A DNA stretch of 64,000 nucleotides. Source: an uncultured bacterium (GTDB lineage Bacteria > Macinerneyibacteriota > Macinerneyibacteria > Macinerneyibacteriales > DSCS01). Position numbers and translations under genes: made by a program. Below are positions 1-9,232 of this stretch, one piece after another. The notes below the pieces were generated by a model. It worked only from the letters and a program-made list of their open reading frames with translations. It was not told the origin of the DNA and did no database searches. The stretch's first letter is position 1, and every line of letters begins with the position of its first letter. The stretch lies in assembly GCA_964574875.1 (NCBI GenBank), contig CAZNOX010000001.1, forward strand, positions 11,352-75,351, given 5' to 3'.

Positions 1-1085
1 CTCATGGTGACAGCGGTGCTCCTGACAAAGGCCCGGTCGGCTGAAAAGAGAGAGAGGAGTGTCCGCGGGAAAAACTCGCCCAGGACAAACCCCATGGCCG
101 TGACGCCCGTGGCGATGAAAATCGCCAGGGTCACGGACCGGAGGACCTTGTCCAGACGTCCGGCTCCGTAGTTGAACCCGATGATGGGCTGAAGCCCCTG
201 GGCCAGGCCGAAGACGGGCATGAGCACAAGCATCATGGTCCGGTTGATCACGGCAAAGGCGGCCACGTCTGTCTCGCTTCCCATCTTCACCAGGATATTG
301 TTCACCACGATGAGAAGGACGCTGGCTGCCGACTGCCTGAAGAGGGATGACAGCCCCACACTCATGATCCGGAAAAGGATCCCACCCCGGGGGAGAAGGT
401 CACGGGTTTCGGGACGCACCAGGCCGTAACGCGGCCTGAAGTAGATGGCCAGGATGTAGAGAGCGCTGAAGAACCGGGCGATGACCGTGGCCCAGGCGGC
501 TCCTGCTGTTCCCATGCGAAAGCCGAAGATGAAGACCGGGTCCAGAATGATATTGGAGACCACGCCGATGAGCATGGAGATCATGGCTTCCCGGGCATAG
601 CCCTGGGCGCGCAGAATATTGTTCATGATCATGGAAAAGACGGTGAAGACTGTCCCGCCGAGGATCACAGAGAGATAGTCGTCGGTAAAGGGGACCACGT
701 CCCCAGTGGCTCCGAAAAGGGAGATGAGTTCGCTTTTGAAGAAAAAGCCCGCTCCGGTGAGGAGCGGAGCCATGATAAGAAAGGCCAGCCAGACATTGCC
801 CATGATCCCGCGCGCTTTGTCCCGGTCTCTCTCCCCCAGGGCGATGGAGATGAGGGCTCCCCCTCCGATACCCACAAATTGGGAGAGGGCCAGATAGGCC
901 ATCTGAAGGGGAAAGACAAGGGAGACTCCCGCCAGCCCCAGTGTTCCCACGCCCCGGCCCACGAAAGCCGCATCCACCACGTTGTAGAGGGCATTGACCG
1001 ACATGGCCACAATAGCGGGAAGAGACATCTGCCCCAGAAGGCGCAGCAGGTTGTCATCAGCAAGGTTCGGTTTTTTCGATTGCAT
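1..1085 (-). CDS. MATE family efflux transporter, partial (C-terminus beyond the window edge)
   Basis: Hand translation of the minus strand from ATG at 1085..1083 gives MQSKKPNLADDNLLRLLGQMSLPAIVAMSVNALYNVVDAAFVGRG..., a stop-free polytopic membrane protein typical of NorM/DinF MATE proteins. It is not in the ORF track because no stop codon lies inside the window. Confidence 0.7.
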   Translation of the reverse strand, partial: MQSKKPNLADDNLLRLLGQMSLPAIVAMSVNALYNVVDAAFVGRGVGTLGLAGVSLVFPLQMAYLALSQFVGIGGGALISIALGERDRDKARGIMGNVWLAFLIMAPLLTGAGFFFKSELISLFGATGDVVPFTDDYLSVILGGTVFTVFSMIMNNILRAQGYAREAMISMLIGVVSNIILDPVFIFGFRMGTAGAAWATVIARFFSALYILAIYFRPRYGLVRPETRDLLPRGGILFRIMSVGLSSLFRQSAASVLLIVVNNILVKMGSETDVAAFAVINRTMMLVLMPVFGLAQGLQPIIGFNYGAGRLDKVLRSVTLAIFIATGVTAMGFVLGEFFPRTLLSLFSADRAFVRSTAVTM

Positions 1086-1137
1086 GGGATCTTTCAGAGG
1101 CGGGCGCCCCGTGTTCTCCGGAACGCCCGGCCTTTTT

Positions 1138-2088
1138 CTATTTCAGTTTTTCCTTGAGTTTGGCCAGCATGTCTCCTGTCATGTCTGCCAGGGTGTAGCC
1201 GGGTTTCCATCCCCATTCGCTGCGGGCGCAGCTGTCATCCATGGAGTTGGGCCAGGAGTTGGCGATCTTCACCAGTGTGGGGTTGATATCATAACTCAAT
1301 GTGAACTCCGGAATATGTTTTTTGATCTCCGCAGCGAGGATCTCGGGATCGAAACTCATGGCGGTGACGTTAAAGGAGTTGCGGTGCTCTAATCGCGAGG
1401 GGTCGGCTTCCATGATCTGGATGGCCGCTTTGACGGCATCGGGCATATACATCATATCCAGGAAGGTCCCTCCCGGGAGAGGACAGGTATATTTTTTGGC
1501 TTTAATGGCTTCATAAAAGATCTCCACGGCGTAGTCTGTGGTCCCCCCTCCGGGGAGGGTCTTGTAAGAGATGAGCCCCGGGAAACGGACGCTCCTGGTA
1601 TCCACGCCGTATTTGAGGTAATAGTAGTCGCTGAGCATCTCTCCGGCGACTTTGCTGATCCCGTAGATGGTGGTGGGACGCATGACCGTGTCCTGGGGCG
1701 TATGGTCAGGGGGAGTGGACGGGCCGAAGGCGCCGATGGAGCTGGGGGTGAAGATGGCGCATTTGTGCTCCCGCGCGATCTCCAGGACATTCATGAGTCC
1801 CCCGATATTGATCTCCCAGGCAAACTGGGGTTTCTGCTCCCCCACAGCCGAGAGGAGAGCCACCAGGTTATAGATGGTATCGATGTTGTATTTTTTGATC
1901 ACAGCCACGATCTTTTCCGTATCACGGATATCCAGGTACTCGTAAGGGCCGCTCTCTTTGAGTTCGCAGGAGACATTCAGGTTGATGTCGCCTCCCACCA
2001 CATGGGAATCGCCGTAGATCGCCCTCAGCTCACTCACCAGTTCCGAACCGATCTGTCCCGATGCGCCTAAAACAAGAATGTTTTTCAT
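1138..2088 (-). CDS. NAD-dependent epimerase/dehydratase family protein (L-threonine 3-dehydrogenase-like)
   Basis: 316 aa with an N-terminal GASGQIG Rossmann motif and a YxxxK catalytic motif (YGISK). Overall resemblance to short-chain UDP-glucose-epimerase-like TDH. Confidence 0.8.
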   Translation of the reverse strand: MKNILVLGASGQIGSELVSELRAIYGDSHVVGGDINLNVSCELKESGPYEYLDIRDTEKIVAVIKKYNIDTIYNLVALLSAVGEQKPQFAWEINIGGLMNVLEIAREHKCAIFTPSSIGAFGPSTPPDHTPQDTVMRPTTIYGISKVAGEMLSDYYYLKYGVDTRSVRFPGLISYKTLPGGGTTDYAVEIFYEAIKAKKYTCPLPGGTFLDMMYMPDAVKAAIQIMEADPSRLEHRNSFNVTAMSFDPEILAAEIKKHIPEFTLSYDINPTLVKIANSWPNSMDDSCARSEWGWKPGYTLADMTGDMLAKLKEKLK

Positions 2089-2112
2089 ATTGTCCTCCGT
2101 TTTTTCTTATCC

Positions 2113-2484
2113 CTAATCGATATATTCAACGTCAATTCCGTTTTTTTCCAGCAATTCGGCTGTGACCCCGCCCTCTCCGCATGACGGGCTTCCCCCTTTG
2201 AGAAGAGCGTGTGTGATCCCCCTTTTGAGGCAGTACTCCAGGACAGCCCGGGCTCCCCGTTGAAACGCGTGTGTCACATCTTCTTTGGAATAGAGACGGA
2301 TGACACGCCCCGTCCCGTCCTGTTCGGCGGGTTCCCGCGGTGTGGCAAATCCGGCCATCTGCTCGGGGCAGAGAGGGACACAGGCCACAATATCGTCCAG
2401 GTCTCTCCTGTTTTTATCTGTCCCGTCGTAACGGCACGGGAGTCCCATGAGACAAGCGCTGACAAGAACGGCTTTTGATTTCAT
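2113..2484 (-). CDS. DUF523 domain protein (TudS-like 2-thiouracil desulfidase family)
   Basis: 123 aa with an N-terminal CLMGLPCRYDG cysteine motif typical of DUF523. ATGA-type overlap with the upstream gene. Confidence 0.65.
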   Translation of the reverse strand: MKSKAVLVSACLMGLPCRYDGTDKNRRDLDDIVACVPLCPEQMAGFATPREPAEQDGTGRVIRLYSKEDVTHAFQRGARAVLEYCLKRGITHALLKGGSPSCGEGGVTAELLEKNGIDVEYID

Positions 2485-3059
2485 TTTTTGACGAGTTTGA
2501 CCTTGATCGCCGGTTTCCCGGAATCGCTTTTGCCCACCTGAACGGTCACCTTGTAATCTTTTCCGGCTTTCTGTTTCGCCGCCTCGATCTGTTCCCGGAC
2601 GGATTGTTTGAGAAGAGCCCGTTTGGTCTCGTCACGGACGATCTGGGAAAGAGCCGAATCGAGTTTGCTGTCCAGAGGGTCTGTCTTGCTGCGTGATGTG
2701 ACCTTTTCAGCCACACTCTGCCCTGTCTTCACCACTTTTCCGCTTTCTTCATCCACGGCAAAGGAGCCCGGGGGGCGGTAGAGGGCCTGGTTGATCTGAT
2801 TTTCAAAATAGCCTTCCTTGGCTCTGTAGACGTAGACGAAGTTTTCAAAGGGGAACTTTACACTCGTGGGCATCTGTCCCACTTTCGAGGTGAATTCCTG
2901 GATACGCTGTTCGATCATGCTCTGGATCTCCCTGATCACGCGGACATGATAGGATTTTCTGTGAAACGGGGCATTGAAGAGCTCTTTGATCTCGTCTTCG
3001 AGTTCCTTGAGTTTATGCTCAAGTTTTTTGATGTCATTATAGGTGACTTTGACCGCCAA
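2481..3059 (-). CDS. Hypothetical coiled-coil protein with a lysine-rich C-terminal tail
   Basis: 192 aa with an N-terminal heptad-like KKLEHKLKELEDEIKEL and a C-terminal KPAIKVKLVKK. It starts 4 nt after the SPFH gene stop, consistent with translational coupling. Confidence 0.55.
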   Translation of the reverse strand: MAVKVTYNDIKKLEHKLKELEDEIKELFNAPFHRKSYHVRVIREIQSMIEQRIQEFTSKVGQMPTSVKFPFENFVYVYRAKEGYFENQINQALYRPPGSFAVDEESGKVVKTGQSVAEKVTSRSKTDPLDSKLDSALSQIVRDETKRALLKQSVREQIEAAKQKAGKDYKVTVQVGKSDSGKPAIKVKLVKK

Positions 3060-3062
3060 TGT

Positions 3063-4181
3063 CTACTCCCCTTTGAGGTCATGTCCGCACTGGGGACAGA
3101 ACTTGTTGTCGGATGAAAGCGCAGCTCCGCAGGAAGGACACGTCTTTTTCTGGATGACTTCCCCGCAGGAGGGGCAGAATTTGGCTCCCAGGGGAACAGG
3201 CTGTCCGCAGGAGGGGCAGTTCTCCCCGGAGCGGTTTACCGCCATGATCTTTTCTCCGCAGGCGGAGCAGAACTTCGCGCCCACCTCGTTCATGGCCCCG
3301 CAGAAGGGACAGGGGATCTTTTCCTGTCCGGGAGCCACCCGTCCGTCTCCCACCATTCCCGGGAGAAGAAAACCCAGTCCGGCGCCGATGCCCAGCCCCA
3401 TGCCTTCTGAAGCTCCGCCTTCCCCTTTGAGGGCGGCATCCCCCATGGCACGGGCCGCTTTGAACTGAAGATAGTCTTTTGTATCGGAAAAGAGCCCCAT
3501 ACCCGAGCGCTCGTCGATCATCTGCTGGACCTCTTCAGGGGGGTTGATGCTGCTGATGGCAAAATCCTTGAGCTCGATGCCGTACTGTTTGAAATCTTCC
3601 AGCACCCGCTCGCGGGCCTGGCGGGACAATTCGTCGAACTGCGCGGGCAGATCGAAGACAGAGGTGACACTCTCCCCTAACAGATCAGTGATCCGTGAAG
3701 CGATGAGGTCCCGGAAAAAATCCTCCAGGGGACGGGTCTCGTAAAGCCCCCTGGCCCCCACGATGTTGTTGACAAAGACGATGGGCTGGATGATACGGAT
3801 GGAGTAGATGCCGAAGGCGCGGAGATTGACCACGCCCAGGTCCCGGTCTTTGAGGGCGATGGGGTTTTTGGTCCCCCACTTCATATTCAGAAAGACTTTG
3901 GCATTGACGAAGACGACTTCCGCCCTGAAGGGAGACTTGAATCCGAAGGGAAGAGAAAGAGCTTTTGTCAGGACCGGAAGGTTCGCCGTGGTGACCGTGT
4001 GGCGCCCGGGCCCGAAGACATCAAGGGCTTTCCCGTCACGGAAAAAGACAGCGCGCTGATGGTCGCGGACGATGAGCTGGGCCCCGATCTTGATGGGCAG
4101 CGAACCCTCTTCCGGGATCCGCTTGACGATCTCGTTTTCAGAGCTGTCGGTCACTTCCAGGACTTCAATAAATTCTGACAT
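3063..4181 (-). CDS. SPFH/Band-7 domain protein with three C-terminal zinc-ribbon repeats (COG4260-like)
   Basis: Soluble SPFH core, then a Gly-rich segment, then three CPxCG...FCxxCG repeats. The start is placed at MSEFIEV (4181) because AGGAGA lies 5 nt upstream. The track's upstream ATG lacks an SD. Confidence 0.75.
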   Translation of the reverse strand: MSEFIEVLEVTDSSENEIVKRIPEEGSLPIKIGAQLIVRDHQRAVFFRDGKALDVFGPGRHTVTTANLPVLTKALSLPFGFKSPFRAEVVFVNAKVFLNMKWGTKNPIALKDRDLGVVNLRAFGIYSIRIIQPIVFVNNIVGARGLYETRPLEDFFRDLIASRITDLLGESVTSVFDLPAQFDELSRQARERVLEDFKQYGIELKDFAISSINPPEEVQQMIDERSGMGLFSDTKDYLQFKAARAMGDAALKGEGGASEGMGLGIGAGLGFLLPGMVGDGRVAPGQEKIPCPFCGAMNEVGAKFCSACGEKIMAVNRSGENCPSCGQPVPLGAKFCPSCGEVIQKKTCPSCGAALSSDNKFCPQCGHDLKGE

Positions 4182-4271
4182 AATCTCTCCTGTCGTTTGA
4201 TGAGCCCTCGAAAAGGGGTCATCCTGCAACTCTCCCGGGAGACGTTGCCTGGGCCTTTCTCAGAAACTCTT

Positions 4272-4300
4272 TTCTCCGTCCATTATACTGAAAACTTTCC
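4272..4300 (-). promoter_or_regulatory. Consensus sigma-70-like promoter for the SPFH operon (TTGACA, 16 nt spacer, TATAAT)
   Basis: The minus-strand read is TTGACAgaaggaaagttttcagTATAAT, about 100 nt upstream of the SPFH ATG and directly after the upstream kinase gene stop. Confidence 0.5.
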
Positions 4301-4314
4301 TTCTGTCAATTTCA

Positions 4315-5916
4315 TCAATAGTCGTAGAGGCTGTTTCCCACGAACTCACGGATAATGGATGTCTTGGGGGTAAAGTACGGGTCGATCTCGCTGATAAGGT
4401 TCAGGAGCGTGAGGAGTTCAGAGGCTTTAGCGAATTCGGGCTCCTGCGGGGGGACCTCTTTGAGGAGCTTCACAGCGAACTTTTTCAAAACACAGAGCTC
4501 ATAGGGAAGTGAGGAGTTGAACATCACGTCTGCCGTCTCCTGATACGGGAAGATATACCGGTCCTCCCCGGCGCGCACCTTTGTCCACATCCTGAGGGTA
4601 TCCAGGGCGGAGTGCCCACGGAACTGGGCATCACGCACCAGCCTCCGGACAAGACGGACATCGGTGGTCTTGATGCGGTTGAACGAGTCCATATTCAGCT
4701 GTGTGAGAGCGCTCACGTAGATCTTGAACTTCAGGTTGTCGGGGATGGCTTCGGTGAGCTTGGGATTCAGCCCGTGGATCCCTTCGACGATGATGGGCTG
4801 ATTGTAATTCAGTTTGAGTTTTTCCCCCTCCTGGCGTGTCCCTGTCAAAAAGTCATATTTGGGCAGGGTGACTTCGTGGCCTTCCATGAGGAGAAGGAGG
4901 TGCTCATTGAAAAGAGCGATATCAATGGCCTCGACGCATTCAAAATCCATCTCCCCTTTTTCGTTGCGGGGGGTCTCTTTCCAGGGGAGAAAATAGTCAT
5001 CCATTCCGATGGCCACAGGTTCGATCCCCCAGGATTTGATGGATGTGGCCAGTCGTTTTGAAAAGGTCGTCTTCCCCGAAGAGGAGGGCCCCGCGATGAG
5101 GATCAGGCGGCTGTGCCCGTCAAGCTTGATGATCTCTTCGGCGATCCTGATGATGTGCTTCTCCTGCATGGCTTCGGAGACAAGGATCATCTCCCGGTAC
5201 TTCTCCTCTTCGATAAGCCCGTTGAGCGACGTGATGAATTCCATGTGGAGGATCTCCGCCCAGTGTTTGAACTCCTGATGGATCCTGAAGAGTTTCTTCT
5301 GTTCCTGGAAAGGAGCCAGCGCGGCGTGGTCGGTGATCAGGGGCATCCGGATGATGAGCCCGGGAGGATAGTAGAGGAGGTCGAAGACCTTGAGGTACGA
5401 TGTGGACGGGACAGTCTTGAAGAGCCCGTAGTCATAGACTTTCTCGTCAAGAGTCACCAGCGACTGACACTCCAGCTGTTCAAAGAGCTCAAGCTTGTCT
5501 TCGTCTTCGTCTTTTCTCAATTTGGAGAGCATCTCTTTTCGGGGGAGGTCCCGATAGAGGGTAAAGGGAAGGTCCGCTTCTGCAAGCTCTTCCATCTTCT
5601 CTTTGATCCGGGCCACATGTTCCATCTTGAGGATGGGGAATGAGCGGTCGGACAGGGTGAAGTAGAGCCCGGTATCAATGGTATGCTCCACATTGATCTC
5701 GGCGTGGGGATAGAGTGTCCTCACAGCAGCAGCGAAGAGAAGGATCAGGCTCTTTTCGTAAAAAGCATGGCCCCGGGGTGTATCCAGGTAGATGGGGGAA
5801 CACCCCTCTCCGTTCTCCCCTGCGTCCAGCTCCAGAAGGGAATAGGCCCGGTTCATCTTCCAAAACCCGACGACGCATCCTTCGCGGTTCCATTCCTCAA
5901 TCAGTTTTTTCATCAT
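4315..5916 (-). CDS. Uridine kinase family nucleoside kinase with an N-terminal extension
   Basis: 533 aa with a P-loop AGPSSSGKTTF. The C-terminal half resembles Udk/PRK family kinases. Confidence 0.75.
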   Translation of the reverse strand: MMKKLIEEWNREGCVVGFWKMNRAYSLLELDAGENGEGCSPIYLDTPRGHAFYEKSLILLFAAAVRTLYPHAEINVEHTIDTGLYFTLSDRSFPILKMEHVARIKEKMEELAEADLPFTLYRDLPRKEMLSKLRKDEDEDKLELFEQLECQSLVTLDEKVYDYGLFKTVPSTSYLKVFDLLYYPPGLIIRMPLITDHAALAPFQEQKKLFRIHQEFKHWAEILHMEFITSLNGLIEEEKYREMILVSEAMQEKHIIRIAEEIIKLDGHSRLILIAGPSSSGKTTFSKRLATSIKSWGIEPVAIGMDDYFLPWKETPRNEKGEMDFECVEAIDIALFNEHLLLLMEGHEVTLPKYDFLTGTRQEGEKLKLNYNQPIIVEGIHGLNPKLTEAIPDNLKFKIYVSALTQLNMDSFNRIKTTDVRLVRRLVRDAQFRGHSALDTLRMWTKVRAGEDRYIFPYQETADVMFNSSLPYELCVLKKFAVKLLKEVPPQEPEFAKASELLTLLNLISEIDPYFTPKTSIIREFVGNSLYDY

Positions 5917-5928
5917 CTCGTCCTCTTT

Positions 5929-6951
5929 TCATGTGGTCGTCTTCTCATGACCGTTATAGCCGCCCCATTCGGGCTTAAGATCCCGGCTCATGAGTGTGGT
6001 AATGACATCTTCGATTCGTTTTCCCTCATAGATAATGGCATGGAGGCCGTCCATGATGGGCAGCTCCACGCGGTACCGGCGCCCGAGCTCCACAGCGCTT
6101 TTCAACGTGAAATAGCCTTCCACAACGCCTCCGGCGTCCTCCAGGGCCCGGGGGACTGACCCAGTCCGGGCGAGGAGCTGTCCGAAGGAGAAGTTCCGGC
6201 TCATGGTATGGGTACAGGTGAGGATAAAATCCCCGAATCCCGCAAGCCCCAGAAAGGTGGACTCCTTGGCTCCCATGGCCAGGCCCAGGCGCATGGTCTC
6301 GGCCACACCCCTTGTGATCACCGCTGCGCGGCTGTTCATCCCGGCCTTGATCCCGTCGATGATCCCCGCTCCTATGGCGATGACATTCTTCAGGGCTCCG
6401 GCGATCTCCACTCCGATGAGATCGTCATTCCTGTAGACACGGAACGTCTCATCGCTGAGAAGAGCCTGAAGGCCTTCAGTCTGAGGGCTGTCCTCTCCGG
6501 CCAGGACCACGGCGGTGTACTTCTCCTCGTGGACTTCCCGGGCAAAAGACGGCCCGGAGAGGGTATAGACAGGGTGATCCGGCCCGGCCAGATCCCTGAG
6601 GATATCGGCGGGGAACTCTCCGGTCCGGTTTTCAATGCCTTTGGAAAGGTTCACCAGAGGACTCTTTTCAGTCAGGGGGATATTGCGCCAGACCTCACGG
6701 ATAAACTGGACGGGGACGGCATTGATATAGAGATCGGAATCAGAGAGCTCGTCCGGAGAGGACACGGCCCTGAGCCCGGGATGGAGAGAAAGGCCCCCGG
6801 CAAAGAGGGTGTTCTCATGGTTGCGGTTGATCCCGTTCACCGCCTCCTCTTCACGGGCCCAGATCACCACCGGGAGGCCTTTTTTGGAGAGCCGGTGGGC
6901 CATGACTGTCCCCCAGATCCCTCCTCCCACGACACTGATCCTATTCATCAA
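5929..6951 (-). CDS. gpsA: NAD(P)H-dependent glycerol-3-phosphate dehydrogenase
   Basis: 340 aa with an N-terminal VVGGGIWGT dinucleotide fold and a GpsA-like C-terminal domain. Confidence 0.85.
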   Translation of the reverse strand: MMNRISVVGGGIWGTVMAHRLSKKGLPVVIWAREEEAVNGINRNHENTLFAGGLSLHPGLRAVSSPDELSDSDLYINAVPVQFIREVWRNIPLTEKSPLVNLSKGIENRTGEFPADILRDLAGPDHPVYTLSGPSFAREVHEEKYTAVVLAGEDSPQTEGLQALLSDETFRVYRNDDLIGVEIAGALKNVIAIGAGIIDGIKAGMNSRAAVITRGVAETMRLGLAMGAKESTFLGLAGFGDFILTCTHTMSRNFSFGQLLARTGSVPRALEDAGGVVEGYFTLKSAVELGRRYRVELPIMDGLHAIIYEGKRIEDVITTLMSRDLKPEWGGYNGHEKTTT

Positions 6952-6995
6952 AGGTTCTCCTTGAAGTTCTCTTCTCTTTTTGATACACTGCTGCT

Positions 6996-7694
6996 ATGAA
7001 AAGCCGTATTTTCATCGTTTTCATCTTAACGATTTTACTCTTTCAATGCAAGCCCAATATGAGCGGAGGGGTGCGCACCATCGCCTCTCCCCAGATCGAC
7101 CAGATGGTCTATCCCAACGATTACGAGGAGGCGGCCTCAGTCATCGACATGATCCTGGTCCGCGAGGGGTTCAGCGCTCTCAGCGACAATCTCTACACGC
7201 GTCAGAGTGCCGATGAGGAGACGGGCTTGTCCGTCCAGTTTGAAAAGGGCTTCAGCAAGACCCTCTTTTTCTATACAGGCGCCATCGATAACCTGGAATA
7301 TATTCCCATGAATAAGAGTGAAAAGGCCGTCTGCGACAGCCTGATCCAAAAAATACGGGAGAAACTCTCCGTGATCGAAAAATCTGACGACTCCCAGGTG
7401 GCCCGTTTTTCAGACAGAAAACCGGTCAAGATCCATACTTTCCGCCTGAGCGATTTCAGCCTGAAGCATTTCGACGAGTTCTCTCTCTTCTCCTGCAGCA
7501 TCAAAAATGAAAGCCGCTATCAGTTTTTGAACCTGGGGATCACGTTCCAGTTTCAAAACGCTTACGGGACTGTGGTGGAGACAAAACAGGTGGTCCTGAA
7601 CTACCTGGCCCCCTGGCAGAAAAAATCCATCGACCTCACGCTCACGGTGAACCAGGAGATCACTGATTTCACCATAAAGACCTCTGTAAATTAA
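6996..7694 (+). CDS. Hypothetical lipoprotein with a signal peptide and a loose lipobox (LLFQC)
   Basis: 232 aa with a hydrophobic N-terminus ending in Cys. Local GC is about 45-47 %, against about 58-60 % in the neighbouring genes. Confidence 0.6.
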   Translation: MKSRIFIVFILTILLFQCKPNMSGGVRTIASPQIDQMVYPNDYEEAASVIDMILVREGFSALSDNLYTRQSADEETGLSVQFEKGFSKTLFFYTGAIDNLEYIPMNKSEKAVCDSLIQKIREKLSVIEKSDDSQVARFSDRKPVKIHTFRLSDFSLKHFDEFSLFSCSIKNESRYQFLNLGITFQFQNAYGTVVETKQVVLNYLAPWQKKSIDLTLTVNQEITDFTIKTSVN

Positions 7695-7723
7695 AAAAAA
7701 GGCCCGGAAAAGTCTTCCGGGCC
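7693..7723. terminator. Bidirectional hairpin between convergent genes (GGCCCGGAA/TTCCGGGCC stem, A-run on the plus side)
   Basis: A perfect 9-bp GC-rich stem at 7701..7723 preceded by AAAAAAAA. This gives a U-run for the minus-strand rubrerythrin transcript. Confidence 0.5.
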
Positions 7724-7732
7724 CGACGCGTC

Positions 7733-8311
7733 TCAGAACTTCTCGCAGAGAAGCTCGAAATAGGCTTTGGGATGGATACACGCAGGACACTTCTCCGGCG
7801 GTTCCGTTCCTTCATGGATGTAGCCGCAATTCCGGCATTTCCAGAGGACTTTCTCCTTTTTCTTGAAAAACGTGCCCTCTTTAAGCTCCTTGAGGAGGGC
7901 CAGATAGCGCTCTTCATGATGTTTCTCCACCTTGGCCACATTCCTGAAAAGCAAAGCCACTTCCGGGAATCCCTCTTCATCGGCGATCCGGGCTGCTTCG
8001 GGATAGAGGTCGGTGTGCTCCTCGTTTTCCCCCTCAGCGGCGGCCTTGAGGTTCTCCATGGTGGTTCCTTCGATCCCCGCCGGATAGGTGGCTGTGATCT
8101 CGGCCATGCCGCCTTCAAGAAAGCGGAAGAAACGTTTGGCGTGCTCCAGCTCATTCTCCGCCGTCTCTGAGAAGATGGCGGCGATCTGTTCATACCCTTC
8201 TTTCTTTGCGATCTTGGCAAACATGGTGTAGCGGCTCCGTGCCTGAGATTCTCCGGCAAAGGATGCCAGCAGGTTGTGTTCAGTCTTTGTTCCCTTAATG
8301 CTTTTTCCCAT
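7733..8311 (-). CDS. rbr: Rubrerythrin
   Basis: An N-terminal ferritin-like diiron domain ([18 protein letters not shown]...[10 protein letters not shown]) plus a C-terminal rubredoxin-like CRNCG...CPAC. The start is placed at MGKSIKG (8311) with an AAGGAGG SD. The track ORF extends upstream spuriously. Confidence 0.85.
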   Translation of the reverse strand: MGKSIKGTKTEHNLLASFAGESQARSRYTMFAKIAKKEGYEQIAAIFSETAENELEHAKRFFRFLEGGMAEITATYPAGIEGTTMENLKAAAEGENEEHTDLYPEAARIADEEGFPEVALLFRNVAKVEKHHEERYLALLKELKEGTFFKKKEKVLWKCRNCGYIHEGTEPPEKCPACIHPKAYFELLCEKF

Positions 8312-8342
8312 AGGTCCTCCTTGATTCGTTGTTTTGAAACGT

Positions 8343-8828
8343 CTATTGCCGCTGGGCCAGGGCACGGTCCACCATAAAGAGGCCCTGGGGATGGTTCTCC
8401 ACACGCTTGAACATCTCCACATTGTCCCGGGCATTGGACTCCTCTTCCACCTGCTCCGAGACAAACCACTGGAGCATGTTGAGTGTGGCATAATCCTTCT
8501 CTTCCGTGGCCATGGTGACCAGGTTATGAATGGACTCGGTGATGAAGATCTCATGTTTCAGAGCATCTTCGAACGCTGCCAGGGGAGATTTCCACTCCTG
8601 CTCAGGCCCGTCCAGAGATTTCAGCAGGACACGCCCTCCGCGTTCATGGATATGGGCATAGAGCTTCATGGCATGCTCTGTCTCTTCCTTTGCCTGGACC
8701 TGCATCCACCGGGCCGCCCCGGGAAGGGATTCCCCTTCCAGGTAGGCGCTCATGGACAGATAGAGATAGGCAGAGAAGAGTTCTTTGTTGATCTGCTCAT
8801 TCAGAGCCTCTTCGATCTTTTTTTTCAT
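8343..8828 (-). CDS. ftn: Non-heme ferritin
   Basis: 161 aa ferritin four-helix bundle with diiron ligand motifs (EETEHAMKL, ...EQVEEE). Confidence 0.85.
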   Translation of the reverse strand: MKKKIEEALNEQINKELFSAYLYLSMSAYLEGESLPGAARWMQVQAKEETEHAMKLYAHIHERGGRVLLKSLDGPEQEWKSPLAAFEDALKHEIFITESIHNLVTMATEEKDYATLNMLQWFVSEQVEEESNARDNVEMFKRVENHPQGLFMVDRALAQRQ

Positions 8829-9217
8829 CGCCCCTCCTCTTCCGTGGCCCAGAGCTTATGGATGTTGCAATATTCCCGTGCTGTGAACTCGTCTCCGTCC
8901 ATTTCGAAGACCGCTTCGGGTTTCATCCCCGGGGCAAGGTAAGCCCGGCAGCTCTTGTCGCCTGAACGCAGTTCGATCCATTCAATAAAGTGCTTCTCTT
9001 CCATGGGATGGGGGACACTGCCCACGGTGACTTTGACTTTTCCGTTTCCCATCTTTTCGATGACAGGAACATGTTTTTCCGTAGAAGAGTCAGCGGTCTG
9101 TTCCTCCATCCGGGTCATAGGCTGCCCGCAGCAGACAAGTTCCCCTGCTCCGCCGTGGAGAACCTCCACAATGTTCCCGCAGATTTCGCATTTGTAGATC
9201 TCGCTTTTCTTAGCCAT
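8825..9217 (-). CDS. dfx: Desulfoferrodoxin (superoxide reductase, 2Fe class)
   Basis: N-terminal desulforedoxin CEICGN...CCGQPM, then the SOR centre II region HVPVIEK...[14 protein letters not shown]. Confidence 0.85.
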   Translation of the reverse strand: MAKKSEIYKCEICGNIVEVLHGGAGELVCCGQPMTRMEEQTADSSTEKHVPVIEKMGNGKVKVTVGSVPHPMEEKHFIEWIELRSGDKSCRAYLAPGMKPEAVFEMDGDEFTAREYCNIHKLWATEEEGR

Positions 9218-9232
9218 TCTGACCTCCTTTGG

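Noticed and set aside
665-1063. 132-aa minus-strand ORF (W/P-rich) given by the track at the window start
   Set aside because: It is the wrong frame. The adjacent minus frame translates stop-free across 1..1085 into a convincing MATE transporter. The track ORF is a frame-shifted shadow.
6208-6999. 263-aa plus-strand ORF antisense to gpsA
   Set aside because: Antisense artefact. gpsA is clearly identified by its Rossmann motif.
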